Shown: piece by piece, positions 33,135 to 42,043 of the stretch
How positions within the stretch are numbered: the stretch's first letter is position 1
Layout of the letters: the number at the start of each line of letters is the position of its first letter
Assembly (NCBI GenBank): GCA_963715985.1
Contig: CAVQSP010000013.1
Span: 320,001-384,000 of the forward strand
DNA: 64,000 nt
Direction: 5' to 3'
Origin: an uncultured Thermoleophilia bacterium
GTDB lineage: Bacteria; Actinomycetota; Thermoleophilia; UBA2241
The notes under the pieces: model-generated
What the model was told of the DNA's origin: nothing
Databases searched by the model: none
Seen by the model: only the letters and a program-made list of their open reading frames with translations
Translations under genes and position numbers: made by a program

Positions 33135-34658
33135 ATGAGCACGACCGCGGAGCGGGCCGCCGGGATCACGGTGAGCGACATCATCGAGCCGGGCCTCGTG
33201 ATCCGCGGGCCGTTCGGTCACGGCGAGCCGCTCACGCTGCGGGCGCCGTGGGACGGGGCCGTGCTGGCGGAGGTGCCCACGGCGACGCTCGACGACATGG
33301 ACGTCGTGCTCGACCGGGCGCGGGCCGCCGCCGAAGGCTATCGCTGGACGGCGGCCTGGAAGCGCGCCCAGATCCTGGAGCGCGCCTCGCACCTCATCGA
33401 GGACAACGCGGAGCAGATCGCGCGTATCATCGCCGCCGAGGGAGGCAAGCCCCTCAAGGACGCGCGCGTGGAGGCCAAGCGTGGCGCCTCCACCTTCCGC
33501 TGGGCGAGCGAGGAGGCCAAGCGTACCGCCGGCGACCTCATCGAGATGGACGCCGACCCGAGCGGCGAGCACCGCTTCGGCTGGACCATCCGCGAGCCGC
33601 GCGGCGTGATCGCCGCCATCTCGCCCTTCAACTTCCCGCTCAACCTGGTGGCGCACAAGGTGGCGCCGGCGCTCGCCGGCGGCAACGCCGTGGTGCTCAA
33701 GCCGGCCTCCACCACGCCGCTCACCGCCCTGCGTCTGGCGGAGCTGCTGGCCGAGGCCGGCCTGCCCGACGGAGTCCTGCAGGTGGTGGTCGGCTCCGGC
33801 GCCACCATCGGCACGAAGATGGTCACCGACGAGCGCACCAACATGGTGAGCTTCACCGGCAGCCCCCCGGTAGGGCGGCAGATCGCCCGCGACGCCGGTA
33901 TGAAGATGGTCACGCTCGAGCTGGGCAACAACTCGGCCACCATCGTGGAGGACGACGCCAACCTGGACCTCGCGGTGCAGCGCGTGGTGGCCGGCGGCTT
34001 CGCCAACTCCGGCCAGATCTGCATCTCCGTGCAGCGCGTGGTCGTGCACAAGGCCGTGTACGACGAGTTCATGGCCATGCTGATCCCCGCCGTGCAGGCG
34101 CTGCGCGTGGGCGACCCGCTGGACCCCGACACCGACGTGGCCACGCTCATCAGCCAGTCCGAGGTCGACAGGGTCAAGGCGTGGATCGCCGAGGCCGTCG
34201 AACAGGGCGCCACCCTGGCCGCCGGCGGGGTACGCGAGGACGGGCGCCTGCTGCCCACCGTGCTCACCGACGTCACGCGCGAGATGAAGGTGTGCGCCAA
34301 CGAGGTCTTCGGCCCGGTGCTCAGCATCCTCAAAGCCCGCGACCTCTGCGAGGCGATCGACATCAGCAACGACAGCGAGATGGGTCTGCAGGCCGGCGTG
34401 TTCACCAACGACCTCAACAAGGCGCTCTACGCGGCCAAGCATCTGGAGGTGGGCGGCGTGATGATCAACGAGGTCCCCACCTTCCGCGTGGACCACATGC
34501 CGTACGGCGGAATAAAGGGTTCCGGCATCGGCAGAGAAGGAATAAAGTACGCACTAGCGGAAATGACTGAATTGAAGATGGTCGCTATCCGCGAGATGGA
34601 CTGGCAGACCGGCGGACCGCCTACCGACGCCTGCCTGCGCGAGCCGCTCGGGCCGTGA
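33135..34658 (+). CDS. NAD(P)-dependent aldehyde dehydrogenase (lactaldehyde DH/GapN-like)
   Basis: ISPFNFPLNLVAHK, LELGNN, SGQICISVQR, EVFGP, MPYGGIKGSG. Confidence 0.93.
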   Translation: MSTTAERAAGITVSDIIEPGLVIRGPFGHGEPLTLRAPWDGAVLAEVPTATLDDMDVVLDRARAAAEGYRWTAAWKRAQILERASHLIEDNAEQIARIIAAEGGKPLKDARVEAKRGASTFRWASEEAKRTAGDLIEMDADPSGEHRFGWTIREPRGVIAAISPFNFPLNLVAHKVAPALAGGNAVVLKPASTTPLTALRLAELLAEAGLPDGVLQVVVGSGATIGTKMVTDERTNMVSFTGSPPVGRQIARDAGMKMVTLELGNNSATIVEDDANLDLAVQRVVAGGFANSGQICISVQRVVVHKAVYDEFMAMLIPAVQALRVGDPLDPDTDVATLISQSEVDRVKAWIAEAVEQGATLAAGGVREDGRLLPTVLTDVTREMKVCANEVFGPVLSILKARDLCEAIDISNDSEMGLQAGVFTNDLNKALYAAKHLEVGGVMINEVPTFRVDHMPYGGIKGSGIGREGIKYALAEMTELKMVAIREMDWQTGGPPTDACLREPLGP

Positions 34659-34829
34659 GGCCAGAAGGGGCTCGGACGGGCAGGCGGCCGGGAGCGCCGG
34701 GGCTGAGAGAGCCCGGAGCGCGGCCGGGAGCCACGGCGAAAGGAGGTACGCGACATTGACTGACTTACGAGGTGCGGCGCGCTAGACGCCCCGCATGCGG
34801 TGCTATAGCTAGCGCGCCGCGCCAAGCTT

Positions 34830-34865
34830 GGGGCGGCGGGCCTTCGGGCCCGCCGCCCCTCTTCT
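34830..34865 (+). terminator. Strong GC hairpin (cTTCGg loop) with pyrimidine tail
   Basis: GGGGCGGCGGGCC-TTCG-GGCCCGCCGCCCC-TCTTCT. Confidence 0.7.
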
Positions 34866-34880
34866 GCGTACGGGGTGGCT

Positions 34881-34909
34881 TTCTCACCGGAGGGCGGCGG
34901 CGGTACAAT
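34881..34909 (+). promoter_or_regulatory. Putative sigma-70 promoter for riboswitch 1
   Basis: TTCTCA-17 nt-TACAAT just upstream of the aptamer. Confidence 0.5.
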
Positions 34910-34914
34910 CGGCG

Positions 34915-35020
34915 GGCGCCTCCGAGCCCCGGAGGCCTACGGGCGCAGAGCCTATGGAGCCGGGGCCGGCAGGGTACAGCGGGAAACCGCCGTGTCTCCC
35001 AGTGCGGAAAGGAGGGCGCC
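34915..35020 (+). ncRNA. Moco-family riboswitch, P3-less (Tuco-type), copy 1
   Basis: CTCCGAG..CCTA..TATGG..CAGGGT..GGAAAC..CTCCC..GGAAAGGAG; P1 3' strand contains the SD of GTG 35023. Confidence 0.85.
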
Positions 35021-35022
35021 GC

Positions 35023-36177
35023 GTGACCATCCGTACGTCCTTCGCTCCGGTGGCCTGCCTCGTCGCGCTCGCCATGCTGCTCGGTGTCGCTCCTGCGGCC
35101 CGGGCCGCGCATCGGGCTGTCTCCACGTACGGGGAGGGCACGGCAGCCGCGCCGTTCTCTCTGGTGCCGCCGGTGGATCAGGCGTTCTCCCTCGGGCCGC
35201 CGGCCGACCAGTCGATCAGCCTCGCGATCCCCGTGCAGGGGGAGCTGCCCTTCACGGCCGTCGCCACCTCCCGCCCCCTGGACATGGGCAAGCCCACGCA
35301 GGACAAGGAGTTCCTCAGCTTGACCTGGCTCGCCACCAAGCCGCGCGGGACCGTGCTGTTCGTCAGCTACAGCGTGGACGGCGGCGCCTGGCTGCCGGCC
35401 GTGGGGGGCGTCGGGTACGACATCCCCGAAGGCACGCACGGCCGCACCATCGCCTACAGGATCACGTTGACGACGGGCGATTCCTCGCAGACGCCGGTGG
35501 TCGAGGAGCTCGCGATCGAGTGGACGCGGTGGACGGGAAAGCCCACCGACCCGCCGCCGGGCGGCGGGGGCGGCACCAGCCATCAGCCCGGCGCCGACCA
35601 CAAGCCGGGCAGCGGCAGCTACACGTACCCCGACTCTGGCGGTGACTCGGCCTCCTCGGCGGGCGGCTCGGGCAGCAGCGGCACCTCGGGGACGAGCGGC
35701 GGCTACTCCGGTGGCGGTTCCGGTGGCGGCTCGGGGACGGGCGGTGGCTCGGGGTCCGGCGGCGGCTCCGGAGGGTCCGGGGCGGGTGTCGTGAACAGCA
35801 CGACGACGGACGTTCCGCCGCAGACCACCACTGCGCCGGCTGTGACCGTGCCTTCCCCGCCGGTGCTGTCGGCGCCGGTGGGCACCCCAGCAGCGGTGAG
35901 CGGCCTCCCCGTCAGCGGCGAAGACGGCCGTCATCGGGCGTCCCGCTGGAACCGTCCGGCGGTACCGCCGCCCTCGGTGGTGAGGCGCGGCCAGACCCCG
36001 GCCGCAGCCGCCGGCCACCGCGACTTCCCCGTGCTGCCGGTCACCGGGGTGGTCTCCGGCCTCGTCGTCGCGGTCTTCGTGCCGTGGATGCTCATGGCGG
36101 CGCGGCTGCGCCGCATCACCGGCGCCGACCTTGAGAACGCCCGCCTGCTCGGCCCGTTCTGGCCGCTCGGACACTGA
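35023..36177 (+). CDS. Secreted, C-terminally anchored surface protein (beta-rich domain, Gly/Ser linker)
   Basis: Signal peptide ending APAARAA; YSVDGG..IAYRITLTT..TPVV; GSGG repeats; C-terminal TM; possible compensating indels ~35920-36010. Confidence 0.75.
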   Translation: MTIRTSFAPVACLVALAMLLGVAPAARAAHRAVSTYGEGTAAAPFSLVPPVDQAFSLGPPADQSISLAIPVQGELPFTAVATSRPLDMGKPTQDKEFLSLTWLATKPRGTVLFVSYSVDGGAWLPAVGGVGYDIPEGTHGRTIAYRITLTTGDSSQTPVVEELAIEWTRWTGKPTDPPPGGGGGTSHQPGADHKPGSGSYTYPDSGGDSASSAGGSGSSGTSGTSGGYSGGGSGGGSGTGGGSGSGGGSGGSGAGVVNSTTTDVPPQTTTAPAVTVPSPPVLSAPVGTPAAVSGLPVSGEDGRHRASRWNRPAVPPPSVVRRGQTPAAAAGHRDFPVLPVTGVVSGLVVAVFVPWMLMAARLRRITGADLENARLLGPFWPLGH

Positions 36178-36195
36178 CCGCAGACTCGCCGTGCC

Positions 36196-36659
36196 TCAGA
36201 GCCCGGTCTTGATGTCCTCGCGCGCGGTGACGGTCATGGTTGCGGTGCCGGCGCGATCCTCGATCAGTCCCGGTGACCGTGACGAGCTGGCCGTCGTAGT
36301 AGGTGGCCGGGTCGGCCGGGAACTTCGCCAGCGCTTCTTTGGGGATGACGACCACGAAGCGGGACGGGTCGCTCTCCGGCCCGCCCACGTTGAGCACCAC
36401 GCCTCCGGCGCCGTCGTCGCCGGTGCTCGTGACGGGGCCCTGCACCGTCAGCTCCTCCCCCATGCGAGACGACGCCTCGCTCCAGCTGATCGGCCCGTTG
36501 GACTCGAGCGGGCCGGGCGTCACGGTCCCGGCGGGGACCACGCTGTCGGACGACGAGCAGGCGGCCAGGGACAGGGCGGCGAGCGCCACGGCGGCGATGC
36601 TGAGCGTGATGCGGGCGGCAGGCGCGCCCACGGCGTGCAGGCCCGGCAGGTGGTCTCAT
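36196..36659 (-). CDS. OB-fold-like lipoprotein, apparent frameshift(s)
   Basis: Lipobox LAAC; LTVQGPV, VVLNVG, YDGQLVTVTG; tail IEDRAGTATMTV...TGL* in another frame. Confidence 0.65.
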
Positions 36660-36670
36660 GTCGACCTCTC

Positions 36671-37829
36671 TCACTGGACTGCCGCTCCACCTCGTCGAGG
36701 GAGCAGCTGGATGGCGGTGGCCTTGATGGCGGCGTACACGCGCTGGCCGGCAGCCACGTCGAGCTCCTCGCAGGCGGCGCGCGTCAGCAGGGCGTCGATG
36801 CGGTGCGCACCCCACTGCAGGGCGACGATGCGCGAGCGGCCGGCAGGCCGAACGTCACGCACCGTGACCGCGAGCACGTTGCGCAGGCTGGTGCCGCGCG
36901 TGTCGGGCGGCGCGAGGAAGAGCATCACGTCGTCGGGGCGGATGCAGGCCACGGCCGGACCGGGCTCGGCGTCGGCACACACCAGGGTCGCGCCGTCGGC
37001 CAGGACGAGGCGCGTGCCTCCGCCCTCGTCGACCTCGACCGTGCCCTCGAGCCAGACGTCGACGCCGAGGTAGTCGGCCACCACCTGCGAGGCCGGGTTG
37101 TTGAAGACGTCGGTGGGGGCGCCCTCCTGCACCACGGCGCCCTCGGCGAGGAACGTGACCCGCTGCGCTACCGCCAGCGCCTCCTCGGTGTCGTGGGTCA
37201 CCCACAGCACCGCCGTGGAGAGTCTCTGGAAGATGACCTCGAGGTCGGCGAGCAGGCCGCGGCGGGTGGGCGGGTCCAGCGACGCCATCGGCTCGTCGAG
37301 AAAGACGACGGCGGGGTCGACGGCGAGGGCGCGCGCGATGCTCACGCGCTGGGCCTCCCCGCCGGAGAGGCCGGCGCGACGCCGGTCGGCGAGCTGCTCG
37401 ATGCCGAGCATCTCGAGGGCGGCGTCGCACCGCCGCTTGCAGCTCGTCGCCGCCCACGCCGCGGATGCGCAGCCCGCTCTCCACGTTGCCGCGCACCGTG
37501 GTCGCGAGCAGGTAGGCCTGCTGGAACACGGCGGAGGTGTGGCGGCGCAGGCGCAGCCGGTCGCCGCCGCTGCGCACCGGCGACCCGTCGAACACGAGCT
37601 CGCCGTCCGCCTTCTCGAGCCCGTTGAGGGCCCGCATCAGCGTCGTCTTGCCGGCGCCGTTGGGCCCGAGCAGCACGTGGACGTCGCCGCGGGACAGGGC
37701 GAAGCGGTCGACGTGGACGAGAGTGCGGCCGCCGCGGACCACGCTGAGGTCGCGCGCCTCGATGATGGCCCCGCCCGCACGCGGTGCCGCGACTCCGCCC
37801 GCGCTCAGGCCGTCGCCACCTGAGGTCAC
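36671..37829 (-). CDS. tupC: Tungstate ABC transporter ATPase with TOBE domain, apparent frameshift ~37430
   Basis: GPNGAGKTT, LSGGEAQR, FLDEP, TSLRNVL TOBE tail; follows tupB. Confidence 0.85.
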
Positions 37830-38530
37830 GCGCGCGACCTCGCTCCGGCCTGCTGGATGAGCGTCATGGCGTAGTTCGTGGTGAACGAGAGGATCATGAG
37901 CACCACCGCCAGGGCGACCGCGGAGGCGAAGAGGCCCATGCTCACGTCGGTGACGATGCCGGTGGTGAGCACCTCCGTCTGCCCGATGATGTTGCCGCCC
38001 ACCATGAGCACGGCCCCGACCTCCGAGATCACCCCGCCGAAGGCCGCCATCACGGCGGCCATGAGCGGGACGCGGATCTCGCGCATGAGCAGGAGGAAGG
38101 TCCGCCAGCGGCCGGCGCCCAGCGCCATGATCTGCAGACGGAAGCCCGGGTCGAGCTGCTGCAGGGCGGCCAGGGAGAGGCCCGCCACGATCGGGAGTGC
38201 GATGAACACCTGCGCGATGATCATCGCCTGCAGCGTGTACATGAGGTGCAGGTCGCCGAGCGGGCCGGTGCGCCAGAGGAAGAGGGCGACGATGAGTCCG
38301 ACCACCACCGGCGGCACGCCCATGCCGGTGTTGATGACGGCCACCACGAAGCGGCGGCCGGGGAAGTGCGAGAGGGCGATGGCGGTGCCCATGGGCACCC
38401 CGACAACGAGTGAGACGGCCAGCGCGGCCGCCGAGACCTCGAGAGAGCGGAGGGCGATCTCGTAGGTCGTGGAGTCGCCGCTGAACAGCAGGCGGATGGC
38501 CTCCCACACGCCCTGGAGTATGAAGTGCAT
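37826..38530 (-). CDS. tupB: Tungstate ABC transporter permease
   Basis: NTGMGVPPVVVGL, GPLG..L.YT..AMIIAQ, FG..ISEVGA...VGGNI...T.VLTT. Confidence 0.9.
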   Translation of the reverse strand: MHFILQGVWEAIRLLFSGDSTTYEIALRSLEVSAAALAVSLVVGVPMGTAIALSHFPGRRFVVAVINTGMGVPPVVVGLIVALFLWRTGPLGDLHLMYTLQAMIIAQVFIALPIVAGLSLAALQQLDPGFRLQIMALGAGRWRTFLLLMREIRVPLMAAVMAAFGGVISEVGAVLMVGGNIIGQTEVLTTGIVTDVSMGLFASAVALAVVLMILSFTTNYAMTLIQQAGARSRA

Positions 38531-38579
38531 GGCGGGTCCTCCCGAGGCGGAGCCTGCAGCGTCCGCAGGAGCTTACCAA

Positions 38580-38613
38580 ACCGCCCCGCCGGGCCTTGGC
38601 CCGGCGGGGCGGT
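38580..38613 (-). terminator. Perfect inverted repeat between tupA and tupB
   Basis: ACCGCCCCGCCGGGCC-TT-GGCCCGGCGGGGCGGT, followed by TT on the minus strand. Confidence 0.6.
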
Positions 38614-38655
38614 CGTCAGACACCCGGTAGGTGGTTCAGGCCGGGTGCGCCGTGC

Positions 38656-39603
38656 TCAGAACTGCGCGGAGATGGTGAACGCGTTGGGGTAGAACAGCGG
38701 CTGCTTGTACTGCAGCTTGCCGTAGTCCCCGATCGCCTTCTGCCCGTCATAGCTGACGAGGTAGGCGGCCATCCACTCGGCGGCCGTCGAGTTGACCTGC
38801 TCATGCATCTGCTGGTTGAGAAGCAGCACGGAGTACTGGTTCTTGAGGTCCTCCGTCTTGGTGAGGACCTTGACCAGCGGCGCAAGCGTGCTCTTGTTCT
38901 TCAGCCAGGTGGCCGTGTCGGTGAGGGTGTAGGCGCCCTTCTCGGCGGTCACCTGGAGGCAGGGCAGCATGCCGCCGGCGGCAGTGATGTACCAGGCGCC
39001 GGTCGGGGCGACGGCGGCCGACGGCGTCACGCCGGCGTCGTACCAGAGCTGCAGCTCCTTCTTGTTGGTGCCCGAGGCGTCGCCGCGGGAGACGAAGGCG
39101 ACCTTGCCGGCGGCCAGCTTGTCGCCGTACCTGGCGATGCGCTTGAAAGCGTCGCTGGCCGACTTGGCCTTGCCCACCTTCGCGGGGTCACCCTTGGGGC
39201 CGACGATGGTGAAGTAGTTGTAGCCCCACGGCATGCGGATGGTGGCCACACCGTCCGCGAGCAGCTGCTTCTCGTCGGCCGGCGAGTGCACGATGATCAC
39301 GTCGGCGAGACCGTCGCGCGCCGCCTGGATGGCCTGGCCGGAACCCGTGTAGATGGGGTTCACGGTGATGCCGGGGTGCAGTGCGTTGTAGGCCGGCAGC
39401 ACGACGTCCTGCATGAGGCCGGAGTCGCGCACGCTGGTGGTGCTGTAGAGAACGAGTTTGGTGTAGTCGGGCGCCGCCTTGCCGGCGGTGTGGCCGCTGC
39501 CGGCGGCGATGCTGGTGCCGACGAGCGCGGCCAGGGCGAGTGCGACGATGGCGAACACGAGCAGCGTGCGCCTGGCGATCCGCGAACCTGTTGAACCGGA
39601 CAT
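38656..39603 (-). CDS. tupA: Tungstate-binding protein
   Basis: STTSVRDSGL (TTTS-like), GSGQA, VHSP, SRGDASGT, YTLTD.ATW, L.NQY. Confidence 0.9.
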   Translation of the reverse strand: MSGSTGSRIARRTLLVFAIVALALAALVGTSIAAGSGHTAGKAAPDYTKLVLYSTTSVRDSGLMQDVVLPAYNALHPGITVNPIYTGSGQAIQAARDGLADVIIVHSPADEKQLLADGVATIRMPWGYNYFTIVGPKGDPAKVGKAKSASDAFKRIARYGDKLAAGKVAFVSRGDASGTNKKELQLWYDAGVTPSAAVAPTGAWYITAAGGMLPCLQVTAEKGAYTLTDTATWLKNKSTLAPLVKVLTKTEDLKNQYSVLLLNQQMHEQVNSTAAEWMAAYLVSYDGQKAIGDYGKLQYKQPLFYPNAFTISAQF

Positions 39604-39746
39604 GGTGCCTCCTCAGGCGGGGGTCAGTGCCGCTTCGAACGCGGGAGCCCGGCGGTCGGTTCGCTTCGTGCCCCGGCGGCAGAGTGCTGCGGAGGTCGTC
39701 TGTCGCTCACGGGGGGAGAGTGGGGCACAGCCCGCAGCGCGGGCCC

Positions 39747-39847
39747 CTCTTCTTTCCACGATGGGAGACACGGCCGTTTCCAGCTGTACCCTGCCGGCGC
39801 GGGCTCCGTAGGCACACCGTGCCCGTAGGACTCCCGCACTCGAAGAG
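39747..39847 (-). ncRNA. Moco-family riboswitch, P3-less (Tuco-type), copy 2
   Basis: Minus strand CTCTTCGAG..CCTA..TACGG..CAGGGTACAGCTGGAAACGGCCGTGTCTCCCATCGTGGAAAGAAGAG; upstream of tupA. Confidence 0.85.
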
Positions 39848-40020
39848 ATTGGCAGACAGTAGACGAGCGGCCCGGCCGGGGTCAACCGGGCGAGTTCCAT
39901 TCTGGCTGGGCGCGCACTCCGATCCCCCGTTGTGCGCGCCAGCCTGTCCAATGCCCACAGGCCGACTTGGGACATGGCGACCTTGTGCGGCTGCGCACAT
40001 GACGAGTAGACTGGGTCGGC

Positions 40021-40118
40021 TTCTCCGAGTCCCGGATGCCTAAGGGCTGCGGCCTATGGCGCCGGGACCGGAAGGGTACAGCGGGAAACCGCCGTGTCTC
40101 CCAGTGCGGAAAGGAGAG
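40021..40118 (+). ncRNA. Moco-family riboswitch, P3-less (Tuco-type), copy 3
   Basis: CTCCGAG..CCTAAG..TATGG..AGGGTACAGCGGGAAACCGCCGTGTCTCCCAGTGCGGAAAGGAGAG; TAGACT -10 at 40007. Confidence 0.87.
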
Positions 40119-40130
40119 CGCGCTTCGCCG

Positions 40131-40158
40131 GGCCTTTCCGCGTGCGGAAGGGCCTTTT
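40131..40158 (+). terminator. Putative riboswitch expression-platform terminator
   Basis: GGCCTTTCCG-CGTG-CGGAAGGGCC-TTTT. Confidence 0.6.
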
Positions 40159-40326
40159 CGTGTGCCTGCCGCCACGCGGAAGCGGCTGCTCGACGAGGAG
40201 CCGTGGCCGACGGGCCCGGCACCTCACGGCGAGGCTCCTTCGAGCCAGCCGCCCTGACGATACGGCGTCCTTCTTCCCCCTCGCCCGTGAAGCGCCGGAA
40301 AGGACACCACGGGGAGGAGTGGGACC

Positions 40327-41906
40327 ATGAGGAGAAGACTGATCGTGGCTGCCGTGGGCGCGGTGGCCCTCATCCTGCTGATGGCGGCGCCGGCGTTCGC
40401 CAGGCACGACGCGGCTTCGGCAGAGCCCTTCGGCTGGGATCTTCAGCTGCGCAACACCGTGTCGACGCAGTACGACGCCGACATGACGTACGCGGCCTTC
40501 ACCACCTGGGCCGCCGCCCACCAGGTGACGATCGTCGACACCAACAAGACCCCGAACGACACGAGCGACGACACCACGTACAAGGGCGTCGCGCTCAAGA
40601 CGCTGGTCGGCTACTTCGATGACCAGGACCCCGCCACGTTCAACGCGGCCCTGGCCACCGGCGGCTACAACGTCGTCGTCGCCGGGCATGGACGGGTTCA
40701 CCGCCACCTTCGCGAGCGCGGACGTCGCGAGCCTCGGCGACAAGGCCATCGTCGCCAACCTCGCCAACGACGCGCCGCTCCCGGTGCCGAAAGCGACGCT
40801 CAGCAACGGTGCGGCGAGCTGGAAGCCCAGCTGGCCACTCAAGGTCGTGAGCAACGAGTCCAGCGTGACCGGCAAGATGAAGCCCGGTGGCGTCGTGCGC
40901 GTGAGCATCGTGGCGGCGGTGGCGCCGGCGGCGTCCACCGAGCCGTTCGGATGGGACCTGCAGCTGCGTAACACCATGACCAAGAAGTACGGCGCCGACA
41001 TGACCTACAAGCAGTGGGCCGCATGGGCCGCCAAGGCCGGCCGCGCGGTGACCATCACCGACAGCACCGTACCGACCGCCACCATCGCCTACAAGGGCGT
41101 CGCCCTCAAGACCCTCGTCGGCTACTTCGACGACAAGGACCGCAGCACGTTCAGCAAGGCCCTGGCCAAGAAGGGCTACTACGTCACTATCCTCGGCATG
41201 GACGGCTTCTCCGAGACGTTCGCGGCCGCCGACATCGCCCAGCTCGGCAAGAAGGTGATCGTCGCGAGCCTGGGCAACGACGCCCCACTGCCCGTGCCCA
41301 AGCCGTTCATCAACAGCGACGGGCAGCCGCAATGGGTCCCGGACTGGCCGCTGCGCGTGGTCAGCAACGTCCCCGCCGTCGGCGTCGACACCAAGACGCA
41401 GGGGATCGTGCGCATCAGCATCGTGAAGAAGTCGCCGGCGGGCCTGGCCCCCTTTTGACGGGGGGCGAGCGACTCACCGGGGCGGCTGGACGCTGACGCT
41501 GCGCGGCAAGACGAAGAAGGTGCTGCCCTGGGCCAAGGTGCCGGCGAAGGTCGCCTGGCACGGCGAGAAGGCCGGCAACATCAACCCGTCGCTGCGCTAC
41601 GTGTACCGAGGCCAGACGCTGTACAAGCTGGTCGGCCTCGTCGACGGCGGCGGAAGCTCGTTCAACGTCGCCCGGGCGAAGAAGGGCTACACGATCCAGT
41701 TCGTCTGCCGGGACGGCTACAAGCCCAAGATCCCGAGCAAGTGGATCGTCGGCAAGAAGACGTGGGTCGTGGCCAAGCTGAAGTCCGGCAAGCCGCTGGA
41801 GGGTGACGAAGCACCGTTCCGCTTCGTCGGCGGCAAGCCGATCACGCAGCCGTTCAACAACAAGCTGTCGGCCTACGGGGTCGTCGAGATCCGGCTCATC
41901 TTCTGA
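40327..41906 (+). CDS. Secreted protein with three repeats of a molybdopterin-oxidoreductase-like domain; split by frameshifts at ~40685 and ~41455
   Basis: Signal peptide (APAFA); repeats EPFGWDLQLRNT..YKGVALKTLVGYFDD..GY.V...GMDGF..WPL.VVS; third unit WTLTLRG..LYKLVGLVDG..DGY..PFRFVG may be a separate gene. Confidence 0.7.
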
Positions 41907-42043
41907 GCCGTGCGGACCCGGCTCACACGGCGCGGCGGGGGTCTCTCGCCCAGTCTCCCCGCCGCGCCGCCGCCGGGTCAGGGCGTGGCCACGACGCCGC
42001 GCCCCCCGCGAGGACGCCCCATGGGGCGACGGAGGGAGAAGCA

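Noticed and set aside
29715-34496. 1917-aa minus-strand ORF (28743..34496) as a giant protein
   Set aside because: Antisense shadow of DUF1361 and the two ALDH genes in high-GC DNA; only the last 323 aa have their own RBS and motifs.
34695-34740. TPP riboswitch-like GGGCTGAGA
   Set aside because: No following CCC..GAACCTGA..GCGTAGG elements and no thiamine genes.
35640-35790. GGCGGCTCC-type tandem repeats
   Set aside because: Encode the Gly/Ser linker of the surface protein; not an independent element.
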